Shown one piece after another: positions 52,827 through 60,456 of a stretch of 60,456 nt of DNA (its first letter is position 1; each line of letters begins with the position of its first letter). The stretch covers positions 1 to 60,456 of the IMG/VR virus record IMGVR_UViG_3300037422_000673. One strand, 5' to 3'. A model generated the notes under the pieces. It did not search any database, had not been told where the DNA came from, and worked only from the letters and a program-made list of their open reading frames with translations. Both the position numbers and the translations under genes were made by a program. Source of the DNA: a virus (lineage: Duplodnaviria > Caudoviricetes).

Positions 52827-53436
52827 CGCTGGGTGGACCGTCACGAAGGGCCAGGTCGAGCAGTACCAGCTCCGCGGGCCGCACGGCGCGTGGGCGATCA
52901 TCACGCTCGACCCGCGCGGCATCTTCCAGGCCGTCTCCGACTTCGGAACGTACGCCTACGACGGCTGGGGGCACCACGGGTGCGCGAGCTTCAAGCACTT
53001 CCTCGTGGGCCTGCGCGATGCCGACTACTTCATCTCGAAGGTGTGCGGGATGGACGGCGGGCGCAGCGGCCCCGGCCGCGCGGGCACGGTCTTCTCGTGG
53101 GACCGGACGATCAAGCAGATCCGGCGCGACGTGCTCGAGCGGCGGCGCGACGGACGGCTCGGTCGCCACACGGCCCGCGAGTGCTGGGACGAGATCGAGC
53201 TGATCGAGCACGGCTATGACGCGACCTACTTCGTGATGAGCGTCGAGCGCGACTGCCCGGAGCTGTTCGAGCACGTCTTCCACCACGACTACTCCGAGCT
53301 CTCGGACACCTGCGTCCACGAGCTCGCGCCACTGCCGCTCCGGTTCTTCCACGAGATCTTCCGCGGGCAGCTCGCGCCCGCGCTCCAGGCCGAGCTCGCG
53401 GCCGCGGCGGCGCCGGCGGAGGTGGCCCGTGGCTGA
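52819..53436 (+). CDS. Hypothetical phage protein
   Basis: 'SDFGTYAY..W', 'DYFISK'; junction motif. Confidence 0.8.
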   Translation: MADAGWTVTKGQVEQYQLRGPHGAWAIITLDPRGIFQAVSDFGTYAYDGWGHHGCASFKHFLVGLRDADYFISKVCGMDGGRSGPGRAGTVFSWDRTIKQIRRDVLERRRDGRLGRHTARECWDEIELIEHGYDATYFVMSVERDCPELFEHVFHHDYSELSDTCVHELAPLPLRFFHEIFRGQLAPALQAELAAAAAPAEVARG

Positions 53437-53644
53437 CCAGTTCGCCGTCTACCGCCAGCGCGTGAAGGCGCTCCTCGACCAGGAGGTGGCCGAGCTCGAG
53501 CTGATGCGCGCCCGCTTCGCCGCCGTGGGCTCGGGCCCGACCGACGCCATGGCGAAGGTCTGCAACTTCTCCAAGGAGCGGGTGGAACTGCTCGCCACCC
53601 GCATCCGCCTGCTCGAGCACGACCCGGAGGTGCGCCGTGGCTGA
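53429..53644 (+). CDS. Hypothetical protein
   Basis: GGAGG junction motif. Confidence 0.7.
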   Translation: MADQFAVYRQRVKALLDQEVAELELMRARFAAVGSGPTDAMAKVCNFSKERVELLATRIRLLEHDPEVRRG

Positions 53645-54200
53645 CCCGAAGCACTCGAAGAACATCCAGATGTCCCTCGTCGCCGGCTTCAAGGGCGGGT
53701 GGCGGGCCGGCCTGCTCCATTTCGCCGACCAGATGGAGGCCGGCCGGCGCGCCGCCGCGCGCGGGAGCATCCTCGCGCCAGCCGAGCCGGTGACCTGCGA
53801 CGTGGACGACCTCGTGCAGGCGCTCCGCTCGATGGCCGAGCACGCCCCCACGCCCGAGACGGTGGCCATGAGGCCGGGGGAGAGCGCGCACCAGGCGGTG
53901 CGCCGCGGCGCGGACCCCGCGCTGGTGGAGCCGCCACCGAGCACCGGCCCGATCCCGACTGCCGAGGAGGCCTTCCAGCAGCTCGCCGCCGTGGTCACCG
54001 CCATGCCGCCCGGCGCGGTCCTCCGCCGGAAGCGGGCGGAGTGGGTGGCGATCTGCGGGTTCGCCCTCTTCACCCGGGACTGCGCCGCAGCCGACGGGCT
54101 CGTGGACGAACTCGACCGTGAGGCGGCCAGGATGCGGGACCTCATCGCCGGCGGGGAGCCACTCGCGCGCGCGAAGCCGGCCGGCGGGGCGGTGGCGTGA
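53637..54200 (+). CDS. Hypothetical protein
   Basis: GGAGG junction motif. Confidence 0.7.
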   Translation: MADPKHSKNIQMSLVAGFKGGWRAGLLHFADQMEAGRRAAARGSILAPAEPVTCDVDDLVQALRSMAEHAPTPETVAMRPGESAHQAVRRGADPALVEPPPSTGPIPTAEEAFQQLAAVVTAMPPGAVLRRKRAEWVAICGFALFTRDCAAADGLVDELDREAARMRDLIAGGEPLARAKPAGGAVA

Positions 54201-54901
54201 TGGCCGGCACGGTCCAGTCGCCCCGGTCTGGCGAGGCGCCGGTCCTCCCGCAGGACGTAAGTGAGGCCATCCAGGCGTTCGCGGAGGCGCACCGCTCGGC
54301 CGCAGAGATCCCCGAAGCCGCGAGCACCGGCGAGCACAGGGCCGGCCTGGTCGCGTGCGACGAGGCCTACTGCGTGCTCGTGGAGCGCATCCGCTCCGCT
54401 CTCGCCAACACGCTGCGGCCGTTCGCCGCCACCGGAGCCGTTCTCTCCTCACCGCTGCGCGAACTCGAGCGCGCCGGCGAAGGGGTCCAGCCGCCCGCGC
54501 GCACCGTCATGTTCGTGGGGGGCGAGATCCCCGGAACGTGCGAGGGCTGCGCGCTCCCCGAGGCGGCCTGCGCCTGCGACGACGAGCCGGGCGACGCCGT
54601 AGGGGGCGATGCGCTGCACAACGCCAAGCTGCGGGCGTTCGCGACACGCATCGACGCGAGCGGCGACCACCTCACCGCCAGCGCGCGGGTCCTCCTGGGC
54701 GCTGTCGTGTGGACGATCCGGTGGCGCCGCCTGTACCCGAGGGGCGTCGTCTCGGACTGGCGCGAAGTGGAAGCGCCGGAGCTGTCTGGGGCGCTGACTC
54801 TGGCGGAGGAGTGGGAAGACGAGAACGACCGCCGAGAGCCGCAGCATGCGGCCGCAGCAGCAACGCTCACCCACCCCACCCCCGAGGTCAACCGCCCATG
54901 A
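54197..54901 (+). CDS. Hypothetical multi-domain protein
   Basis: GTGA coupling; 'CEGC....CAC'. Confidence 0.6.
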   Translation: MMAGTVQSPRSGEAPVLPQDVSEAIQAFAEAHRSAAEIPEAASTGEHRAGLVACDEAYCVLVERIRSALANTLRPFAATGAVLSSPLRELERAGEGVQPPARTVMFVGGEIPGTCEGCALPEAACACDDEPGDAVGGDALHNAKLRAFATRIDASGDHLTASARVLLGAVVWTIRWRRLYPRGVVSDWREVEAPELSGALTLAEEWEDENDRREPQHAAAAATLTHPTPEVNRP

Positions 54902-55149
54902 TCCGTTCCCTCGCCGCGCTCGCGCTGGCACTGGGCGCCTGCGCGCCTCCACCGCCCCAGCCCGTCCACGACCAGTGCCTCCGCGCGCGGCTCTTCCAGG
55001 AGTGCCTCGCGCGCGTTCCCGTGGGGCCGACCGCCCCCGTCACCAACGACTGGGCCGAGCTCGTCGCCGAGTGCGAGAGCGCGGCCTACTACCAGAGCTA
55101 CCGGCACCCGGACGCGATCCCGCCCGGCTGCTCCACGGTGAAGCCATGA
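54898..55149 (+). CDS. Small phage lipoprotein
   Basis: Signal peptide with LGA-C lipobox; 'DQCLRARLFQECL..P.GP...NDW.ELV.EC'. Confidence 0.75.
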   Translation: MIRSLAALALALGACAPPPPQPVHDQCLRARLFQECLARVPVGPTAPVTNDWAELVAECESAAYYQSYRHPDAIPPGCSTVKP

Positions 55150-55400
55150 GCGACGTCGAGACCTACCAGAGCGCCGTCCAGGCCTGCGCCATCGCGGCCA
55201 CCCTCCTGCGCCAGCACGACATCCCCGAGCTGCTCCGCGCGATCGAGCACGCGGACGCCTTCGGCCCGCTCCTCGACCCAACCCTCTGGCGCGACAAGCA
55301 CGAGGCGATGAACCGCGACCGGAAGCTGCTCGAGGCCGCGCTCCCGCTGTGGAGGCTCGCGGCGAGCCAGGCCGCCGGGAAGGAGCCGTCCCGTGGCTGA
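55146..55400 (+). CDS. Hypothetical protein
   Basis: ATGA coupling; 'ADAFGPLLDPTLWR'. Confidence 0.7.
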   Translation: MSDVETYQSAVQACAIAATLLRQHDIPELLRAIEHADAFGPLLDPTLWRDKHEAMNRDRKLLEAALPLWRLAASQAAGKEPSRG

Positions 55401-55782
55401 CCCGTTCAAGCCGAGCCAGGTGTTCCTCAACGCGGTTCCTCCGCTCACCGCGACGATGGGCCGCGCGGAGCGTGAGCACGCCGCGGCGATGCTCGTCCGA
55501 GTGTGCCAGGTGCTCGGCGACGAGTGGCAGTCCGTCGAACCGGTCACGCTCGGCCGGGTGATCCGCGACGACCTCGCGGCCGGCGTCGAGCCGTGGAAGA
55601 GCCTCAACACGAACCCGTTCTTCCGCCCCGACTTCCACGACCTCGTCGCGACCGGGTTCGCCGAGTGGCGCGAGAAGGCGCCGGGGACTCCCGGCGGACC
55701 GCCGATCGCGTTCACGCCGAAGGGCATCGAGGCGCTCCGCCGGTGGGTGCGCGCGCCGCGGGCGGAGGTGGCCCATGGCTGA
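55393..55782 (+). CDS. Hypothetical winged-helix-like protein
   Basis: Junction motif; 'LV..GF', 'FTPKG.EAL'. Confidence 0.7.
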   Translation: MADPFKPSQVFLNAVPPLTATMGRAEREHAAAMLVRVCQVLGDEWQSVEPVTLGRVIRDDLAAGVEPWKSLNTNPFFRPDFHDLVATGFAEWREKAPGTPGGPPIAFTPKGIEALRRWVRAPRAEVAHG

Positions 55783-56641
55783 CCCGACGCCCCCCTCCAC
55801 TCCCCCGTCGGCCGACGAGGCGGCGACCCGGGACGACACGAAGCGCGGCCTGTACCGCAAGTACTTCGTGCAGCGGCTCGGTGACGTGCGGGACGTGATC
55901 CTGGTTCGCCGGAACAGGTGGGGCGACCCGAGCACCGACCGCGTGGACCCGCCGGCGAAGCACGCCGGGTGCCGGTACTACGTGCTCGACCTCGACCACG
56001 ACACGTTTGCGGCCCCGGCGCTGCGCGCTTACGCGGACGCCTGCGCGGCCGAGTTCCCGGCGCTCGCGGCGGACCTGCGCGCGATGATCGCGCCCTCCCC
56101 TCCGAGCGCCGGCGCGGCCCGGGAGATCCACCCGGCCACCGTCCGCGTCCTGGAGGACGGGCGGTGCACCGACACCGGCGGGGGCGGCGGGCGCTGCCTC
56201 CGGCTCGCCGACCACCCGAGCGCCCACCGGTACTTCGACGTGGACGCCGGTTCGCTCTGGCAGGCCATCGCCGACCTGATGGACCTCGAGGGGGAGCAGC
56301 GCCGCCGGGCCGAGGCCAGGGAGGCCGTGCTGGCCGCGATCCGCGACCTGTACGGCCCCGAGGACATGGTGTCCACGGGCGGGGAGCACGTCCCCGAGCA
56401 GACGGTCCGCGCCGTGCGCGCCACGCTGCGGCGGATGCGCGAGGCCGAGGCCGCCCGCGACACCGCCCTCGCCGAGGCGCAGGCGCTCCGGCTCTCGCTC
56501 GAGGACGAGCGGCGGCGCGCGGACGCGCTCGCCGCGGCCGCCCGGCCCGTCGTCGAGCTCGCCGAGGTCGGCTCCGTCACAGCCGAGGACCGCGAGGCGC
56601 TCGGCGCCGTCCGCGAAGAACTCGCCAGGAGGACCACGTGA
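55775..56641 (+). CDS. Hypothetical multi-domain phage protein
   Basis: 'GLYRKYFV.R...KH.GC.YYVLDLDHD.FA.PALRAYA..C...P.LA.DL'; C-terminal coil. Confidence 0.75.
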   Translation: MADPTPPSTPPSADEAATRDDTKRGLYRKYFVQRLGDVRDVILVRRNRWGDPSTDRVDPPAKHAGCRYYVLDLDHDTFAAPALRAYADACAAEFPALAADLRAMIAPSPPSAGAAREIHPATVRVLEDGRCTDTGGGGGRCLRLADHPSAHRYFDVDAGSLWQAIADLMDLEGEQRRRAEAREAVLAAIRDLYGPEDMVSTGGEHVPEQTVRAVRATLRRMREAEAARDTALAEAQALRLSLEDERRRADALAAAARPVVELAEVGSVTAEDREALGAVREELARRTT

Positions 56642-56841
56642 CCACGAAGAAGAAGCCCGCCGCCAAGGTGAAGGCCTCCGGCGTGTCCGTCTCCGCGTCC
56701 ATCGTCAACTACTCGATCACGGTCGACGACGGGCGCGGGAACGCGCGCACCTGGGAGGGCGACACCATCGAAGGCTTCGCCCGGGACCTCGCCGAGTCGG
56801 CGCGCCGGCCGCCCGCGCGCCGGAGGAGCTCGAAGCCGTGA
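56638..56841 (+). CDS. Hypothetical protein
   Basis: AGGAGG RBS; GTGA coupling. Confidence 0.65.
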   Translation: MTTKKKPAAKVKASGVSVSASIVNYSITVDDGRGNARTWEGDTIEGFARDLAESARRPPARRRSSKP

Positions 56842-57131
56842 CCGCCCTCACCACCACCGAGCGCCTCCGCCGTGCGGTCGCCGAGGCGGCCCGCGCCACC
56901 GAGCGCGCGCACGACGCCGCCTGGCGCGCCCGCCTGAAGCTCGAGGCGGTCACCGCCGAGGCCGAGACGTACGCCCGCTGCGCGCCCCCGACCCTGTCCG
57001 CGTTCGTGAAGGGCGAGGCCACCCGCATGCGCGACGCCGCGTTCGCGCGCGAGTCCGACGCCTGGTCGGCGTTCAGCGAGACCGGGAAGCTCGCCGAGCT
57101 GCTCGGCGCCGACACCACGAGGACCCGATGA
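56838..57131 (+). CDS. Hypothetical helical protein
   Basis: GTGA coupling. Confidence 0.65.
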   Translation: MTALTTTERLRRAVAEAARATERAHDAAWRARLKLEAVTAEAETYARCAPPTLSAFVKGEATRMRDAAFARESDAWSAFSETGKLAELLGADTTRTR

Positions 57132-57370
57132 GCACCGCCATGCAGATGCCCCCCGAGCCGCTGATGACCGCCGAGGACGTCGCGGCCTACCTGAAGGTCT
57201 CGGTCTCGATGGTCTACAAGCTCCGCCGGGAGGGCACGCTCCGCGGCATCCAGGTCGGCTCGCTCTGGCGCTGGCACCCCGATGTGGTCCGATCGTACGC
57301 GCGGGGGGAGACCACGCCGGATCCTGGAGCGCCCGTCGTTCCGATCCGCGGGCGGCGCCGACGCGTGTAG
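57128..57370 (+). CDS. xis: Excisionase-like HTH (HTH_17)
   Basis: 'LMTAEDVAAYLKVSVSMVYKL..EG.L....VGSLWR'. Confidence 0.88.
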   Translation: MSTAMQMPPEPLMTAEDVAAYLKVSVSMVYKLRREGTLRGIQVGSLWRWHPDVVRSYARGETTPDPGAPVVPIRGRRRRV

Positions 57371-57379
57371 GCTCCTGCC

Positions 57380-57820
57380 ATGCCGATCGACACCAAGAAG
57401 TTGAACGAGTGGAGGCTCCTCGTTCCCGAACTCGCGCGCGCCGCCGCTGCCGTTGGAGTGGATGGTTCCTCTGGCGCCGACCCCTCCAACCTCCGGCGCC
57501 TTCTTGCGTCTGCGGCGGAGGCGATGCCAGCTCTCATCGAACAGGTTCGCCGACTTGAGAACCTCCGTCGTCTTCCTCTGAGCGCCATGTCCCCCGAGGA
57601 GATGGCCGCAGAGGTGCACCGCGCTCGACGCGCAGAGGACGTTGCACGCGCAGCGGCGGTGGTGTGGGGCAACCAGGTGGAGGCGCTCGTCTCCGATCGG
57701 GCGGAGATGATCGAGCTCTTGCGGCACCTCATGCAGCCCGACCAGTGCCCCACCTGTCTTGAGCGCGACGGCAGGCATACGTCAACCTGCGCGCACAACA
57801 GGTTCATCACCTCGGGGTAG
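57380..57820 (+). CDS. Hypothetical protein between xis and int
   Basis: TAGGCT -10 six nt before ATG; different codon usage; C-terminal CxxC..H...C. Confidence 0.7.
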   Translation: MPIDTKKLNEWRLLVPELARAAAAVGVDGSSGADPSNLRRLLASAAEAMPALIEQVRRLENLRRLPLSAMSPEEMAAEVHRARRAEDVARAAAVVWGNQVEALVSDRAEMIELLRHLMQPDQCPTCLERDGRHTSTCAHNRFITSG

Positions 57821-57823
57821 GGC

Positions 57824-59089
57824 GTGGGCACCCTGCTCTGGCGACCGAGGAAGTCGGGCCCGCCGCGGCTCGTCATCCAGTGGTTCGACGCGCGAGGCAA
57901 GCGCCGCCAGGAGACGGTCCGCGCGAAGGCGCTCGACGGCACCCCGCTCTCGCAGCGGACGCTCGAGCGCGACGGGCGCCGGCGCCTCGCCGAGCACGAA
58001 CTCGAGGTGGACCGGCAGCGCGCCGGGCTCGCGCCTATCGCCTCGGACGTCGTGCGCCGCCCGTTCTCGTGGCTGCTCGAGTGGTGGTGGCAGCACCGCG
58101 GGCGCGTCCTGAAGAGCCCCGCGATCCGGCCATTCCTCGAGAAGCACCTCGCCGAGCTGCTGCAGTTGCCCCTCGCCGAGGTCACGGAGGTCCGGGTCGA
58201 GGCGCTCCTCCACACCGAACTCGCCGACCGCCTCTCGCCGAAGAGCCGGAAGCACCTCCGCGGCTACCTCTTCAACATCTTCGAGACGGCGCGGCGCCGG
58301 GGCGGGCCCTGGCACGGGCGCGCGAACCCGATCGACGACGTCCCGCCGATCAAGGTGCCGCGGAAGCCGCGCTCGATCCTGCTGCCCGACGAGATGGAGC
58401 CCGTGCTCGAGCAGGTCCCCGCGGTGTGGCGCGGGCCGACCGCGCTCGCGCTCTACGCCGGCCTCCGCGAGGGCGAGGTGTTCGGCCTGCGAAAGGCCGA
58501 GGTGGACCTCGCCGACGGCGTGCTCATGGTGGCGCGCTCGTGGGAGGCTCCGCGCACGAAGGACGGGAAGGCGTTGCCGGTCCCGATCGCGCCGCCGCTC
58601 CGCCCCTACCTCGAGGCGGCGCTCCGCTCGCCCGGCGAGCTCCTCTTCCCCGACGGCAAGGGCCGGATGTACCCGCGCACGCTCCGGCTCGGGAAGGTGC
58701 TCCGCCGCGCGATCGTGCGCGCCGGCCTGGTTGTCGGGTTCGAGTGGCGCTGCCGCGCGTGGCACTGCGGCTGGCGCGAGCGGCAGGCCGCCGCGCGCGT
58801 CCCGGAGGCCTGCCCGCGATGCGGCCGCCTGACCACGTGGGCGAAGCCGCTCCCGCGCCACGTCCGGTTCCACGACACCCGCCACTCCTTCGGCACCGCG
58901 ATGGTCCGCTCGGCCGGCCTCGCCGTCGCCCAGGACGCGCTCCGCCACTCCGACTCTCGGCTCACCAAGGACACCTACGGGCACCTCGACCTCGGCGACC
59001 TCCGTCGCGGCGTGCTCGCGGCGTTCCCGGAGCCGCCGGCGCCCGCGCCGGGCGCGCCGCTGCGATCCGTTCCGCTCAACGAAGATTGA
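57824..59089 (+). CDS. int: Tyrosine recombinase/integrase with Cys4 insertion
   Basis: 'YAGLREGE' (R), 'TKDG' (K), 'FHDTRH' (HxxR), 'LRHSD' (H), 'TYGH' (Y). Confidence 0.97.
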   Translation: MGTLLWRPRKSGPPRLVIQWFDARGKRRQETVRAKALDGTPLSQRTLERDGRRRLAEHELEVDRQRAGLAPIASDVVRRPFSWLLEWWWQHRGRVLKSPAIRPFLEKHLAELLQLPLAEVTEVRVEALLHTELADRLSPKSRKHLRGYLFNIFETARRRGGPWHGRANPIDDVPPIKVPRKPRSILLPDEMEPVLEQVPAVWRGPTALALYAGLREGEVFGLRKAEVDLADGVLMVARSWEAPRTKDGKALPVPIAPPLRPYLEAALRSPGELLFPDGKGRMYPRTLRLGKVLRRAIVRAGLVVGFEWRCRAWHCGWRERQAAARVPEACPRCGRLTTWAKPLPRHVRFHDTRHSFGTAMVRSAGLAVAQDALRHSDSRLTKDTYGHLDLGDLRRGVLAAFPEPPAPAPGAPLRSVPLNED

Positions 59090-59173
59090 CGGCACGTGCG
59101 TCGCCTGCGTTCCCCGGTGTAGTCGCGGCAGTGGCCGACTGGGGCCGCCGCACCCGCTAGGCACAGAAGTGAA

Positions 59174-59201
59174 GGGCCGAGCTCCGCGAAGAGCTCGGCC
59201 C
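59174..59201 (-). terminator. Perfect 11-bp hairpin downstream of int
   Basis: GGGCCGAGCTC-cgcgaa-GAGCTCGGCCC; followed by TTCACTTCT on the minus strand. Confidence 0.55.
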
Positions 59202-59296
59202 CGGCACTTACCTGCGCCGCGCTACGGCGGCGTCAGGCCAACAAGACCGGAATTCGAAGGCACATCGCAGCCAACCTCCGCGCGCATCATCGAGTG

Positions 59297-59407
59297 TTGC
59301 CGGGCAGCCGGATGCGCTGTAACCTCAGCGGTTCCTTCCACGGGCCGCAGGGTGTTCAGCCGCCTTGCACAGCCCCCGTTCCGGGTAGCACCGGGCGGGG
59401 GCTTTTC
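59297..59407 (+). ncRNA. Candidate structured small RNA convergent on the ParA-like gene
   Basis: Closing stem 59303-59315/59352-59364 with two internal hairpins; CATCAT -10 upstream; own terminator. Confidence 0.5.
59371..59406 (+). terminator. Rho-independent terminator
   Basis: AGCCCCCGTTCCGG-gtagca-CCGGGCGGGGGCT followed by TTT. Confidence 0.7.
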
Positions 59408-59415
59408 GTGTCGGC

Positions 59416-60456
59416 TTACAGGAGGCTCGCGAGGTACTTCAGCTCATTTTGGTACCGACGGGCCGAACGATTCACCTGCAGCCTCCGGTTCTCCACAGTG
59501 TGAAAGCTCTTGATTTCCAGCTCGGCCATCGGAATCCGCTTTGCCCCGCTGATGCGCCCCGCGGAGTGGAAGTCGTCCGTGAGCACGAAGGCGTCGCTCG
59601 GGTCGTCGTAATTGAAGAGCGCGGCGTACTTCTGCGCGAGCGCAAGCGCGCGCTCGATGTACATGCGCGACGCACCGTCGGGCGTGGATTTCACCTGGCT
59701 CTTCGAGCCGACCATGGTCATGACGATCGCTGCAATCTTGGGCACCGGTAGATCGCCAGCGCGATTATTCCAGAGCTGGAAGTCACGCGTCTTGTCCGAC
59801 AGGAAGCTGAAAAGCAGCTCCAGCGACTCCAGAGAGTGCTCGTCGACGCGCACCGGCACGACGAGAGCCTCGACCGCACACCACGCGAGGTGCGTTCCAC
59901 CGCCGTAGAACGGCGAGGTGTCGAGGAGGATGCGGTCGGCCTTCACCACCTTGGCTTCGGCCTCGAGCACCACGCGTAGCCCGTGCAGCAACTTTCGCAC
60001 GGCGTCCTTGTTCTGGTTCGCGTACGCGGTGTTGAGCTGTCCGTACAGGGTGGACGGGAAAGCGAACAGCTCCGGGTTGCCCGCAATTGCGTGCGCCCCC
60101 TTCCCCCCCTTGAACGGATCGCAGTGCTGCGAAACCCGATACGACAGGTCCTCCGGGCGATCTCCGAACGCCGGGCCGAGGATCACGGGACGGAGGGCGT
60201 CGTAGAGGTTCACCTTCGGGCGGAAGTCGCCGAAGAGCATCTCGGTAAAGTTGCACTGTGGGCAAAGATCTGCGAGCAGGACCGAGTGCTTCCGGGACAG
60301 TTCGTACGCGAGGTTGAACGCGATCGACGACTTCCCGACGCCTCCGCGGAGGTTCGTCACCGCGTAGGACTTGAACGCCTGGCCGTCGCTGCAGGTGTAC
60401 CCCTCGTCAAGCACCTTCGCGTGTGTTTCCAGAACCTTGGACAGCCCGTCCGCCAT
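59416..60456 (-). CDS. Orphan ParA/Soj-like ATPase
   Basis: 'NLRGGVGKS' deviant Walker A, 'LADLCPQCNFT', 'ILLDTSP', 'LVVPV'. Confidence 0.9.
   Translation of the reverse strand: MADGLSKVLETHAKVLDEGYTCSDGQAFKSYAVTNLRGGVGKSSIAFNLAYELSRKHSVLLADLCPQCNFTEMLFGDFRPKVNLYDALRPVILGPAFGDRPEDLSYRVSQHCDPFKGGKGAHAIAGNPELFAFPSTLYGQLNTAYANQNKDAVRKLLHGLRVVLEAEAKVVKADRILLDTSPFYGGGTHLAWCAVEALVVPVRVDEHSLESLELLFSFLSDKTRDFQLWNNRAGDLPVPKIAAIVMTMVGSKSQVKSTPDGASRMYIERALALAQKYAALFNYDDPSDAFVLTDDFHSAGRISGAKRIPMAELEIKSFHTVENRRLQVNRSARRYQNELKYLASLL

Larger units (their letters stand above)
3320..59089. mobile_element. Temperate siphovirus prophage, lambda-like organisation; true ends not resolved and may include 1565-3274 and sequence up to about 59250
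   Basis: Contiguous lysis, tail, head, terminase, replication, Cro/CI switch, excisionase and integrase modules in lambdoid order. Confidence 0.95.

Noticed and set aside
1-60456. Numerous long alternative-frame or antisense ORFs (e.g. 7088-9076, 16918-18978, 27603-29519, 33693-35975)
   Set aside because: Arg/Pro/Ala-rich shadows expected at very high GC; they overlap well-supported genes
1-60456. CRISPR array, tRNA or rRNA genes, diversity-generating retroelement, retron, IS element
   Set aside because: No regularly spaced repeat-spacer units, cloverleaf, reverse transcriptase or transposase motifs found by eye

Overview
Very GC-rich window (Myxococcota/Anaeromyxobacter-like by composition and integrase type; inference). 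Almost all of it is one apparently complete, lambdoid-organised temperate siphovirus prophage (core about 3.3-59.1 kb). Minus strand, read right to left: Cro, CII-like, accessory and anti-defence genes, replication initiator, RusA, a lambda-like cos site, terminase, portal, protease-capsid fusion, RcGTA-like tail tip, fibres and lysis. Plus strand: CI-like repressor, immunity-region cargo (frameshifted TerB-BRCT gene, RelE-like toxin pair), an early operon with a large DNA-modification cluster (SNF2 helicase, SPPF amino-MTase, repeat-containing C5-MTase, Mom-like protein, DUF5131), many small cassette-like genes, excisionase and a tyrosine integrase. Flanks carry an NdpA/NA-37-like gene and an HTH-ImmA/IrrE pair (left) and an orphan ParA-like ATPase facing a candidate structured ncRNA (right). 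Best leads: the ParA/ncRNA pair, an Acb2/Tad1-like sponge fusion in a putative anti-defence cluster, the multi-enzyme DNA-modification arsenal, repeated 19-20 bp gene-junction motifs, and readable operator and cos sites. No att sites, tRNAs or CRISPR arrays were identified. All family calls come from motif recognition by eye, not database searches.
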